Assembly: GCA_002269645.1 (NCBI GenBank)
Contig: NIVC01000354.1
Span: 1-45,701 of the forward strand
Length of the DNA stretch: 45,701 bases
Source of the DNA: Macrostomum lignano
Taxonomy: Eukaryota
Direction of reading: 5' to 3'
The first letter of the stretch is position 1; each line of letters starts with the position of its first letter. The notes under the pieces were generated by a model that saw only the letters and a list, made by a program, of their open reading frames with translations, did no database searches and was not told the DNA's origin. Positions 11,101 through 24,200 of this stretch are shown in pieces. The translations under genes and the position numbers were made by a program.

Positions 11101-14100
11101 TCCCCCTTCAGGCCCTCCAGGCCCAGGGAGCGGGACATTCCGGCGCCCTCTGCAGCCCCCCTCCACCCTCGGAGCTCCCAAATAGCCCAGACCTCCACCT
11201 GGAGTCGATCTCTGCTCTGTGCCCCCTCTCTTTTTCACTGTGCTGCTGCTGTTCATTGTTCTCCACTCAGCCTTCGCTCTCCCCTTCCCCCGCTCCACAC
11301 GAGAACGCCCCCCCCCCGCTACCTCGTGTTCTATTTTTTATGCCATTCTCAAACAATGGGATTCGAGTCAGCGAGTTTCGATGAATTGATGATGACCGAC
11401 CGTGAGGCGGAGAGGCAGGGAGGGTAGTCAAGCCGGGGAAAGGGAAGACCGCGGGGAGCAGCGAGGCATGGATAAAAAAGCTCTCCGAATTCCAGATCCC
11501 GCCGGGACCTGGAGGGTGCCAGCTTTTTCACCACCATGCTGGCTCGCTCTTAACCCCCCCCCCACTCTCTCTTTCTCATCAGGCCAGAGCCTCTTCTAGA
11601 AATCGATTTCTTTCCGCTCGTTCCCGCCGCCGCGTGCCCCTCATCGTCAGCCTCCCCCACAGGTGTCAGCCTCAGCAGCGCGAAGGCAAAATCAGCCGCC
11701 GGCGACCCCCAGCAGCGGCGGTGGTGGCAGCAGCGGCGGAGGCAGCAGCAGATGCCTCAAGTCACTGCCAACCCTTCGCAGAGCTCCTCCCATCCCCCGC
11801 GGTGAGCCGCCAGCTACCTCAACCCCAGCCTCAAAATACAATAGACCCCGTCCCCCTGGCGAGTGCATTGTTTCGCTCGAGTCTCAAGCTCCCCCGGGGG
11901 GGCTCAACCAGTGTTGCTGCTGCTGCTGCGAGCGAATGAGTGAAGCTTCTGGGCCGGGCCTGTCCCCCCTCTCTTCTCACTCGTCGCATTCCTCTACCCT
12001 CCCCCATAACAATTTCTAATCCCATTTCAGGCAGTTGCCGTGCTCACCCCACACAGCATCACCTCCCCATCAAGCGTCACCCGGGCCACCCCCTCCAGCG
12101 TCTCGAACCCTTCGGCTTGGCCAGGCCCAGCTGCCTGCTACAGAAGAGGTGAAAGCCAAATCGATAATGCAGTCCCTCAGTCCTCATTTCCAGCTGCTTC
12201 TCCTTCCACACCCCAGTCGCTTTCTGCTCTCGCTTACTAACACACAAAGTGAAAACTGCTTGCCACCTTGCAAACAAACACTTTCTATCAAGCTCATTCA
12301 GCTTCCTTCCCCGCGGCGGCTGCGGTGAACTCGGCCCCGAGCAGCAACTTCCTATGCGAGTAGACTCAAGCTCCCAAATTGGAATTTGGAGGGAGGGGGG
12401 GGCAACTCATCATCGCCTACCAGCCTCGACTCCGCATGCCTGGGCAGGCGAGCAGAGCAATAGAAAGAAATGGAAAGAGAGGCGCGCCGATTGCGCACTT
12501 GAATCTAAGCGGATCAGCTTTCATTGAACTGCTCTATATAAGAGGAATTGGGGCGCTCAAAATCTTTGTTTGAAAGCTTGCAAACTGCGGTGTTGGGGAG
12601 ATGACGAATACAGAGAGACAGGATGACAACAACACAAAAAATGTGGGAATTCTCCCCCGATCCGAGCGCCTCCTCCTCTTTTACCTCCAACGAGGCTGGC
12701 TTTGCGGGAAATCGGGGGGGGGGGAATAAATGCGGCTTTTGAGTCGGATGGGTAAATCGATATCATCACCTCGGGCAGCCCCCCCCGTCACCCACCCTGC
12801 CGCCTGTCTCCCAAGTGTGCAGAGAGGCTGACTAGGCTGCTTCTCAAGTTGGCGAAACGAAATAGACTACTTTTTTGCATCGCTCCTGCGCCCATTGTTC
12901 TGGCGCCAAGTTTTTTTGATCGCGACAGCAAGCAAGAAATTCGGGTCCGACTCACACAAAGCTGTCGAACCAAAAACGCTGTGGAGGATTGATAATCCCG
13001 GCCTATGGAGCTCTTTGAGAGTCATCTTCCCTTTTTGATGGGGGAAGACCACACAAGTTTTTTTCGGTCCAGGGTGCAGCGTCAACAACAGCCGCCCCTT
13101 CGTGTGTCAGGCGCTTTTTTTGGATGCACAGAGCGGGCGGCCATTGTTAATTGGATCTGCGGTGCTCAAGTTTCATCATTAGAGTTGGGGAACTCAATTG
13201 GACTCGACGAACAAGATATCCCAATGCCAGCTCCCGCAACCACCTTGACACTGCCGAAGTTGGCCGGCGCCTACATAGACTGTTATATACCTCGATTGCT
13301 CGACAGGTATGAATGATACTGGGACAGTTTTGGGATGGAGAAGGAAGCCATTAAAAGGCAGTTCTCCCGAATTGCGAGCAGCGACGATAATGGGGGGAGG
13401 GAGGGAGGGAAGGAGGGAGTCACACGCTGCGGGACCCGCAACGACGGGGCTGAGGGAGGAAGGCCTGGCTTATTCTGCCGCATCTTCTGTGCCGAAAGCA
13501 GCTCGTGGGAACTGCAGCAGCATAGAGTTTCTTTGTTCTTTACACCCACTTCCACCTTTTCCATCGCTCCCTCCTCCATCTGTTTCTCTACTCCCACTTC
13601 CCCCTCGAGCGCCCCCAACCCCTTGCGATTCGAGGCAGAATGCAGCAGAGCGGGTACAGGGAGGGAATGCGCCTACCAGAGCTCTTCCGCCTGCTCACCG
13701 CGTCTCAAACGCTCTTATTCCTTAGACTTCCTCCCCCCTATTCTTTCCCTAACAACGCGCGAGAATGCGAGCCGCTCCTCGGTATTCAGCAGTTAGATCT
13801 GCAGACTCCACGCTTTGTTCCATCCTTCCCAAAAATTTTTTATAGGACAACCGCCTCATCCTCCGCGAGGATCTGCGGGCGGTTCTATTATCCTGCCACA
13901 GCTAATCTAAACACAAAAACCCGATCTCGCGGCCTGAAGTTTGTCTGCTACATACCAGCAGGTGCGAGACGCGCTGTATAGATCTTCGCGAAGTTAACAA
14001 GCAGGCGCATATAGGGAGGCAGGGCAGGCAGTGAAGCGAACGAGCTCCGCACGAGAGAGAGGCATTGAGGAGCGGAGCAATGATCCCAATTTATGGCGAT

Positions 14101-17100
14101 CCAGACGCGCTCGAGCTATGCGGGGGGACTGAGTCGGGCGGCGGAACTCGTCTTGCCGTTGAGGAGAATTCAGGAGAGGCTTTTATTATTATGTTCCTCC
14201 ATCTTCTAGAGCATCATCTCCCCCCATGCTCACCGCCCCGCACTGTTAAAGACATGTTTAATGCTGCGGGCCCCCGACAATGGTCCGGCCGGGGCTCAAA
14301 TAAAACCGCAGCTGCAGAGCCTGACAGCGTCGCTGCAGAACTACGCTCGCCCCTGGCCACTCGCATCATCTCAAAGGCTATAGCGCAATTCATTGCTTCG
14401 CAGTCCATTGAGCCTCCATCAGCGGCTTGTATTGAAACTCGTATTCTGCGCTGCAAGACAACTAGCCAAATCCCACCCCGTCAATAAATTCTCCCCTCAC
14501 CCCCAGGTAGCCGCAACTTTTCTAAACTCCTCGTCCAGCAGCAGCAACAACAGCAGCAGAAGCAGCAGCAAAGTTGCAAAGCTTTTGTTCTGGAGGCCCT
14601 CCCGCCAGTAGTTCGCCTCTCTCTGCAGCCCCCCAACCCCCGCGGCTCCGGCGTTTGGACATTTTTCCAAAGGCTTTTCACAGCAATGCACGAGAGAGAG
14701 AGGGTATTCAGCTGGTTGAGGGTCGAGTCGGGCCCAGCAGGGAGCATTCCCAAATTCTCCCCAGTCCAAACCTCCCGCCTCCTGTTGCAGACACAGTTTT
14801 TGGGAAAGAGAGGCAGAGGCGGCAAGCGCAAGCTGTATCTGCCTGCCGCAACAACAACACAATACGAGGCGGACGACCCCCCCTCTATTCTGCCATGCTT
14901 CAACTTTAGTCCCTCTCCAACTTCTCTCTTTCTCTACTGGGTCCGGGGGCCACTCGCGAACTCCGGGTCCGGGGCCGCATGAATAATTGAGCAGTAATTC
15001 TATTTCTCCCTAATTATCTCTACCTGTAGGTCTGCTGCCATCACACAATGCCCTGGGCCGCGGGGAACAATGGCAGGGGGGCCGACTCTTCTAACCCCGC
15101 AAGTCCCCCATTCCACTCCGGAGAGCCTCATCATCGGCGCCCGAGTCCGCGCGCGAGCCTCTTTTACCCTGGGATCCGAGCTTTACGAGCCCCTCTCCTG
15201 CCCTCAGCGCTTCCCACTCTTCAACTCATTCATTCCCCTCCCTCATCTCTCGTGTCTCCCAACCCCCCCCCCCCCCCAAGTTTTACGGGCCTGCAGCGCA
15301 GCACGGGAGTTTTAACTCCGCGCCGGACTCTGCCGCCCTCATCATACCGGGGAATCGCGGCGGCGGCAGCAGGCAGCTCCACCTCCACCTCCGCCTCCGC
15401 CCGCGCGGGGGTCGCGCCCGTCACTTCATCATCCCGGGGAGAGCGGCGGCAGCCATCGGACCCGCACGCCATTGTATGCCGGAATGCCGCATCCAAAAGC
15501 GGAGGGGGGGAAGGGGACGCACGGCCGACCAGGTGGGAAGCGAGGCCCGGCATTCCGGCAGCAGGTTTTTTCAAACTTCTTTATCCCTCAAGCTGCTTGC
15601 CTAAACCACCAAAAACTCATCACTCGCAGGCTCAAACCGCCCCCCCCCACCCACCAGACACTCTTGAACCCGCGCGGCCAGCTTCTTAGACAGAGACAGA
15701 GAGCGGGAAGAATCGCTCGGGCTCGAGAAAGCCGACCACCCGCCCTTTGCCGGCCTTCGCGGCCAAGCCCAGCATCCCATTGTCAGCCTCATCCAACTGC
15801 TCACCGTCACGCAACGCTGCATAGCTCATATACCATCGCTCTCGCTAGCAGCTGTTTAGCCAGTCAGTCTATTATGCCCCAGACGAAACCAACTCGAGAG
15901 TGAGACGGAGGCAGCTCAAGCAGAAACGCGTCAGAAACAAAAAAGCCGCAATATGCGAAATAACCAACTCTCCCGCCCAACCCGCAGAAAATGCCCCCGC
16001 ATTCATCCCCATCCTCTTTCGCCCCCTGAAAACAATTGAATTCATAGCCAGCCGCCGCCAGGACACAAACTCCCAGAGCCGGCACACGCGAGACCCAGGG
16101 CCAACTCAAACTGAATGCTTGAATTGCGGCAACAAGTTTGCATGTAGCAAGTGGACCGCCCGTGCTCCACTTGTTGGGCGTGTGTCTCTCTCAACTGCGT
16201 TTTTTTTGTTTTCTCGCAGCCCTCGGCCTCGCAACACCTGACTCGCGATTTTGCCCAGCCAGACCCCCGCCCCTGCCGCCGCCAAGATGCAGAGTTTTGG
16301 GAGGCTGCATAGCAAAACTCCGGGGACAAAGTGACCAATATATAATTGTGTTGCAGTGTGCCACGCTTGGATGCAGGAAAACAAGCTTGAAGGATAGGAA
16401 ATACCCTCTTCTCCGCTTTGTCCCTCGCTGCCTCGCGCGCGTTTCGCCTCTCTTCTCCCCACCTCACTGTCTTCTAGAGGCCGCCTGAAGGACCTGCTGC
16501 TGCTAGTCTCTTGCGCTTTCAACACTCCCTATTGTTCCTTCGTAAGCCTCGGTCGACCTCAAGCCTTCCTTCGCCAAGCCCCGGCAAATTTTGAAGACGA
16601 ACAACTATGCTCTCGTCGCCAGAGAGAAATGTGTTGCTGAGTCCAAGAGGCCAAACTTCTCAGCTTTGAGAGTCGATTCATAATAAAAATCGGTTTCAAT
16701 TGTCGAGCTTTTCTCTATTCGCTTTCCCAATATTTGCTGGGGAGAAATATTGCTTTTTTTCTCTCTAGCGGCGGCGGGGAGTGGGAGGCACGTCGCGCCC
16801 TCAATTTCCGAGTCACCTGAGTCGAAATTTCCCAGAACCCCTTTCCCCCGGTGTTCTCAGTCACACACAGGCCAAGCCTCGCAGATGGGATTAGAAAAGA
16901 AGACGGGACTGGAAGAGAGAAATTGCCAGCCGACCCCGAGCCCCGAATTTCCGAGATTTTCCTAGAATAATGCCGCGCGCCGCCCCTCGTCACGGCCTCC
17001 CCCAGCGGGTGTAGGCAATATTTGACTGCCGCAGCCACCCCGACCCTCTCCCGAGCCGGCAGGCAGACAGACCGACGACGACTTTCACAAAGCGTCTGCC

Positions 17101-17806
17101 AAAGCCCAGAACAGGATGGATGGAGAAAAGAAAAGAAGTTTCGGATCAAGGATAGATTGGCGGAGGAGCACCGGAGATCCGAGGTCGAGCGGCGGAGAGA
17201 GAGAGACTCGTGCCCGGTTTTCGGGCAGGCCCGCGAGGGCTCCGGCGAACAGTTGATTTTTATTAAAAAGCCAACGGGGACGAAAGCAGAGGCAAACACA
17301 ATTGCCAGGAACCGAGGGATGAGACGGGCCTCAAGGTGCGGCTGAATAAGGAGAAGAAGAAGAATGGGAGGCTTGGGCAGCCGGCGAACGATTCTCGAAT
17401 GCAACAATGCCTCCCCCTCCCCCAATGCAGCCAAGCCGGCCAACCAAAGAAAACCGATGCTTCGCCCATGCACAGTTTGTGTGAGACCCAGAGTTTGGCC
17501 AGAGGTAACCCGAGCCCGCCCTGGATGGCTAAAGGCCCATAACTCGATTAGAATACTCGGCAGGAGGGTCCGCCAGGCCGGCTCTAACCACCGATCGCCT
17601 TCAGCGCATTCACTTTGCTCTCCTACCTTCCTTTCCCCCTCCCTCTCTCTTCATCCCGTTTCCTCAAGTAGCTCACCTCCCAAACATTCATTCAGAAGCG
17701 CTTGGAATGCGATCGGGCCGGGCCCAGGCGGTTTCGCGAGTAGCCCGGGCCTGAAATCCGAGTCCTAGCCTCTCTTTTGTACTCGCATCAAATACCCAAT
17801 TAAAGG

Positions 17807-17867
<61 letters not shown>

Positions 17868-20800
17868 AAGAGAAAAAACTTGGTGGAAAAAGGTAAGAAG
17901 CGCGGGTCAGGCTGGGAGAGATGATGATGGAGGAGAGCAAAGCGCCTGCTGAATGCTGAAATCCGCGACTTTTCGCGCGAGCCAGCGAGCACCACCCCAG
18001 CCTCCCGCTCCGCCACTTCTTCTGTTCTCCTGTGCCAATTCTCTACTGCCCGCGGCTTGACGTCCCATTTCCTGCAGACTGGGGCAGGGGGGCGGCTCGG
18101 ACCTGAGCCCGGCTGGAGGCAAAAAAGACACACTGGGCGACTGTCGGGAAGGTCGTCTCGGTTCTCACCTCACCTCTTGGCTCCCCTTCCGTTCCCCTGT
18201 CCACCCAATTTCCCTGGGACCCCAAGGTTCGCTTCGATCCGAGCGGCTGATGAGTGATGACGCCTTCCCCATCGGCCAGCCTCCCCTGCTCACTTCTCCC
18301 ACTAAGCCCCTTCGCGCCGACTTTCTTTTAAATTCAAACAAAACTTCAGCAGAGAAAAAACCGGCCAAGTTTCTGGATTGTGGGATCGGAAGACGGCTGT
18401 GACCAAATCCATTCCACCTTCTCAACGCCTCTGCCTCTTTCTCTCCCCTCTCCATCAGAAAGTCGATAAGGCAACAATGCCGCTATATAGGGCAAAGCAA
18501 TATGTCCTTTGAGCAGGCTTGTCCGAGGTGAATGAGCAGTGAGTAGAGATGAGGCCGGGCTGTTTTGAATTTTCGGTAGCAAGATGCCAGCCTTGATGCG
18601 AAGGAAGCCCAGACTGGGCGAGCATTTTTGACACAGACACACACATTCAGGGGCCGCACACACCAAGTCTTCCTTTCCAGGAATCTAGATCCTTTGTTTC
18701 CCTAAGGCTAGAAGCAGCACCCGCACGAGGCGGCCTTCCCCAATACCCTCCCCGCCAGGCTTCCCGATGCCAGGCCAAGCAAGGCAGCAGAATCCCAAGG
18801 CAAAGCTTCAAGGCAAACCCACCTTTTTCTCACTCGGGCCTGCTTCTGCTGCTGCTGCTGCAACTGCGCGCCGCGCTCGAGTTTCCGCAAAGCAAACAAT
18901 GGGGGGTGGGAGGGGAGAAATAGAAGGAGCTGCGGTGAGGGAGAACACAAACCGCCCCGCTCCATTCGATTGAACAACAGAGCCAGTGTTTTGTGAGATA
19001 TCGGAACGGACCCATGGCTGGCTGACAGACCCATTGTGTACACGGGCTGCGGACAGCTCACCGTGTCTGAAACACCTTCCTTCGTTCACAGGGCTGGCTC
19101 ACACCTTCGAGTTTGTCCCCGTTCTCGCTCCCTCCATCTGTGCTAAATTTACAATGTTTGACAAGCTTTATAAATGTGACGAAGAAAGAGAAACTGGGGG
19201 AACTAAGGAAGCATATTATACAGGAGGGATGGCGCTGTGTTGTTTGGGCTATTGCTTCTAGAAGCATTCTTTCTGCTTTCTCTAAACCCAGCCCCCGCCT
19301 CAGTTGTGTGCGGAATCGTGGAAAGCAAGGAAGGAGCAGATATGGCCGCCGTATGCCCGAGCGATAAATGGGAGGGGAATTGCAGAGCTGAGCTCATGAC
19401 GGTGCGGGCCTGTGGAGAAGCCATTAATCTGACAAATATGAGCCTCCGAGCTCGGCCTCCCCTCCACCTACTCCCCTCAGCCAGGCCTCCATTGTTTGCG
19501 ACCTAATCTAGTAGCATAGGCCTGCAGGCCGGCGTGTTCGAGCTGGGGAGCGCCTATCTGGTAGGGGAGATAGACAGTGGGACGGGATCTTAAGTTTAAT
19601 GCGAATTCCCAGCAGCCCCACAATGCAGCTGCTGCTGCTGCTGCTGCTGCTGCTACAGCTGGAATGGAACTGATTCTGCCGCGAGTCCCGCCCGCATTGT
19701 ATCGAAACTTTTCAACAGCGCCAGTTATATAGTCACATGGAGGCTCCGTTTTATACCGGGCCTTCGCTCTCTCTCTCTCTTATTAAACCCGACCGGCTTC
19801 TACTATCCAGAACTTCCCCCTTCTTCACTTAAGAATTCCTCGTTCCTATTACCGGCATCGAGGCCCCGGGGAGAGGAGTTGGGGAGGGGGAACAAGGCGA
19901 AGCGAAGTTCTTGGCCCCTCTCTGAGAGCGAGAGTGAGTTTAGAGCTAAAATAGAGAATGGATGGACACGAGTTTTCGGCTAAGGAGGAAGGAAGCTACA
20001 CCAGGGCGCCACCCCATCACACCTGGGCTGACCAGCCGCCGTGTGAAGAATAATGGCTGGGGGAAGCTGAGAGAGAGCAGAGAGTAGAACGACAGACAGT
20101 CGCGCGTCGTATCCGTCTGGTCTGTCCTGGGCCCCGTCCGTCACAGCCTCGGGAGCAAGGAGGTTTCAGTGATCAAGGGATTTTCAAGTGGGATTAGAGC
20201 AGAGGGACCAAGATGGCTGGTAGCAACATACTCGTTGGTTCAAGCAGCTGAAGCTCGCGAAAACAGAATGAACTGCATAGGGGAATAGAAATCCATTGTT
20301 GGAGCGCATGCACTGCGCACACAATGCCATTAACGGTGCGGGTCGTCTGTCCGAGTTACGGGGAGGGGGTTGGTGCGGCACCCTGCTGGTTGAATAAACC
20401 CAGGTGGGCAAAAATCCCATTTTCTCGATTCCCCTTTTAAAACCCCTTCCAGCCCCGGCCGTATATGGATTTATTCCCCCCCGTCCGGACTGGGGTGCTC
20501 ACTGCTCAACCGACTAACCTCCCGAAAAACTGACGATTCGCTCGCTAGCTCCACGAAAAAAAGTCGCGGACCAGAGTCCGAAACGAAGCCCAAAAGCGGC
20601 GACAAGCGGCAGACGCCCGCTTTTTCCTCTTCTGCAGGAATATATATATAGCTTTTTTGCCTGCGATTTTGTATGCGCGGGTAAAGGGGGAGCAAAAAGG
20701 CAAAGCCTAAGCCCAGTCATCCCAGGTAGGCGGCTGACTGACTGCGCGGAACTCTCGGCAATAAAGCTGTTCAGCTCTGCCCGCAGCTCCGAAGCCTCCT

Positions 20801-20965
20801 GGCTGGCGGCACCGAGCAGCCGGGGGGGGGGGGGGGGCCGCCGACATTCGAGGACCACTCGTGAGCCCCACAATCTTGCCCCAGCCAACAGCCCACTCCC
20901 CCCCAAACTACCAATTCCCAAGTCTGCAGCAGTCTGCCTAGGCAGCAAAGAAGCCTGAAAACCAG

Positions 20966-21002
<37 letters not shown>

Positions 21003-21192
21003 TCGCTCGATCGGCAAGCGAGCAGCAGGCTGCTGTTTCACTTGCCTGGCGGCAGCGGCTGCGGGCGCAAGCCAGCGAGCGAGTCGAGTCTTGCAGATCC
21101 CCCTCCCTCCGACTCCGCCAACCCCCACCGATTCGTGGGTGCAGCATTGTTTGCAAAGTGGCCAGTTGTGGCAGCAGATTTCGCGAGCTCGC

Positions 21193-21232
<40 letters not shown>

Positions 21233-24200
21233 GACTCACACGGGGAAAACGAGAAACGGCTGCTTCCCCAGTCCTTGCTCCCGTGTGCTGAAAAAAACAG
21301 CTCCCTACTTGCGATCCCCGGAGCTCGCAGAGGACGAGCTCAGAAAGCCGGAGAATAATTTGGTGCCCCTCTCCGATCCCGGCTCTGCCCCATAACCTTT
21401 TTCCCTACAAAACCCTCTACACTTAAGCCTCTGAAACTATACCATTCCGCAATACTGACGGGGACACCCTGTTGATTAAGACCCCGCTTCAGCTGTCTGT
21501 GTGTCTCTGAGCTCCACACCGGGCGCCATATTGCGGGAATCGAATTTTTATCCCCCGACAGCGCTCTCAAAGCCGCACTCGCCACTGCTGTTCCACTTCG
21601 TTCCGCTCCCGCAACAGGAAACCGCGGGAAGGAACGAGAGAGAGAGAGAAGAGAAATCTCAAACTCGCCAAAAACAATCGCGCAAAAGTATGCTCTCCAA
21701 AATAAGATTGAAAATCTCAAATAATATTATTAACTTTTGAAGTTAATTCACAGTGGTATAGATCGATTTTCAAAACTCGAACAGTTTTTGACAGCGCTGG
21801 TCAAGCTGGATAGGAGAAGCTACTGAAAACTGACAGACCGTCAGTACTTGAGCCACCCCAGCGCACACACACGCACCCTTCGTATCTAAAAAACGGCTTG
21901 AACAGTATTCAGCAGGACTCCGCTCCCTCTTCATAACTTCTGCCCCCCCCCCGATCCGAGCTGGAGCCGAGCGAGCAGAGCTGAGCTAAGCGAGCTTTAG
22001 CTAACCCTCGAATTGTTCGGCTCCCCGCGGCAGCAACGTGACGAGAGAGACGACAGGCAAGAAAGAAAGCAAGAGCGAATAAAATGAGAAGGGAAATGAG
22101 AGGAACCAGCTGTGAAAGGCTCGGGCAAAAAATGAATAGGGAAGCTCGACAAGGCCGAAAGAGTTGCAGACAGTTTAAGAAAGGTAAGGAGGGAGTGAGA
22201 ATGTGAATGAGTCAGTTAGAGCTGACCTGAAGTGCTGCAGTGGGGACTGGGGGAGCCACTTTCATCTGGCCGAAATTTCGAATTTTAGAAGAATCGAAGG
22301 AAGGGATCATAAACCGAATTGGCGTCGCAACCAGCTCAATGATAAATAAGGCTTGATGAACATTGGCGAAAAGAATGGAAAGAGAAAAAAACAAATGCTG
22401 TGTTTGGAGAAAAGTTAAGGAGTTATTGGGAAAGGAACCAGAACCTCTGGAGGAGATCATCAAGCGACATCAGACGAGGAAGGTAGCCATGGCAAATGTC
22501 TGTATTCAAGGAGAAATAGAAGGTGAAAAGAAAAAGAGGAAGACCGAAAAGGCAGTGGGCGGGAAGATGACCTGAAGCCGTGAAGGAATGGACCGGATGG
22601 ACAATGGAGAGGCTGGTAATGGTAAAGAAGAAGAACTATCTTGAGCAAAGCAATTTCTAGACCAAGAAGCGCAGCTCACCAAGAAGCCAGGCTGATACAG
22701 GGTGTCCGTTGGCAGCAGGTCTCTGGCCAGGAAGTGCACGAACTTCTCAGCCCCGATCGGATTGTCGCGGCACTGACCAGCCGCTGGTGTAGGCGACTCG
22801 CCCGGCTGGCCAGTCGCCGTGTGCGGAGCCGCCGCCGCCGCCGCCGCCGTCGGGCCGCCTCCGGTCTTGCGCAACGGTGCCGGCGCCTTCCGCTTGGCCC
22901 GCTTCGGGTCCGGCGGGCCGCTGACTCCGACGCCACCGTTGCCCGCCGACAGGCTGGCGCTACCGCCGATGCCTGAGGTGGCTGAATTATTATTAGCTGT
23001 GGGATTATTAACAGCTGGATCGGCGCTAGAATAGTCGTCTCCAAAGTTAGTAGGCGACTGGTGCTTGGCGGGCCGGTAGACTCCCTTGGCCAGCGCCATT
23101 GTGGGGTACATCTGCGCCAGAGCGTTCGAGTACAGCACATCCTGCAGGGTTAGGTGGCTGCCGCCCAGCGGCGGGAAGGTGCCAGGAAAGCAGTGGCTGG
23201 GCAGGAACAGTGCGGAGAAGTCCTGAACAGCGGCTGTTGTTGCCGGCGGGGCTGCCGCCGCTGCCGCGTGCCACTGCATCGCCTGCGCTGGCACCTGCTG
23301 TTGCTGCTGCTGCTGCTGCTGCTGTTGCTGTTGCTGCTGCTGAAGCTGCTGGAGCTGCTGTTGCTGTTGCAGCTGCTGCTGAAGAACGGACTGAAAAGAT
23401 GGAAAAGACGGCATGTTGACAATGTATAGGTATGAAATATTCATAAGCACCATACTGAATTATTCCAAATTCCAAACGGCAAAGCATTTTGCTGCATAAA
23501 TTGTTTTCGAACTCGATGGGAAATCGCGAGTGTTGCCTGAGCTGTGGAGTCTGCTTGAGGAAGCGATTCGCTCTGAGCTAATCGAGCGAGCAATATTATT
23601 ATAATCTAAACTTCAGCGGGAGGATTTGCTTAGCCTCCCGCTTACCTATTTGTTTTCCTTTCCCTCTTTTTCCCATTTTATCCCATCGCTTATTTCTGCC
23701 AGGCCGCTTTATAATGATTCCGCATATTGTCCTCCCAGACCCTAACCAGATCCTGTGTGGGCTCGGCTCAAGGAAAACTCGCTGGAGTCGCCTCCATCGT
23801 CTCTCCCGCTCCCACAAGTCCCCCCGCAGGCTTTTAGAAGCGAAAAAAGCGAACTCCGGAGGTTTAGGAGGCCGGGCCGGCCCGCATTTTTGCTCGAATC
23901 CCAATTCCCAGTCACATCCCGCCTGTTTGCGCACCCCCGCGTCTTCGTCGTCCCGTGCTCGACCCCTCAGTTTCTCTAAGCCCTATTTACGCATGCCACA
24001 CGCCCTCCTCCTCGATAGCTCATCGGGATCGTTGAAAGTCTTCCCTCTTAAAGCCGGGGCCCTTCATTCTAAAAACCGCACACAGCAGATCCTCCCTCAC
24101 GTCATCGTTTTATAAGTTTTTATTTCGCCTCTCCTCAAATCGCTTTCTCACCGTTGCACTCACGGAGCAGACAGTTTTTTTCGTGTTCATCCCAGACAAT

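Noticed and set aside
10059-22648. Dozens of 60-250 aa ORFs in intron 2 (e.g. 16715..17473, 15048..15689, 22363..22575)
   Set aside because: No domain motifs, no consistent splice framework, low-complexity composition; expected by chance in GC-balanced DNA.
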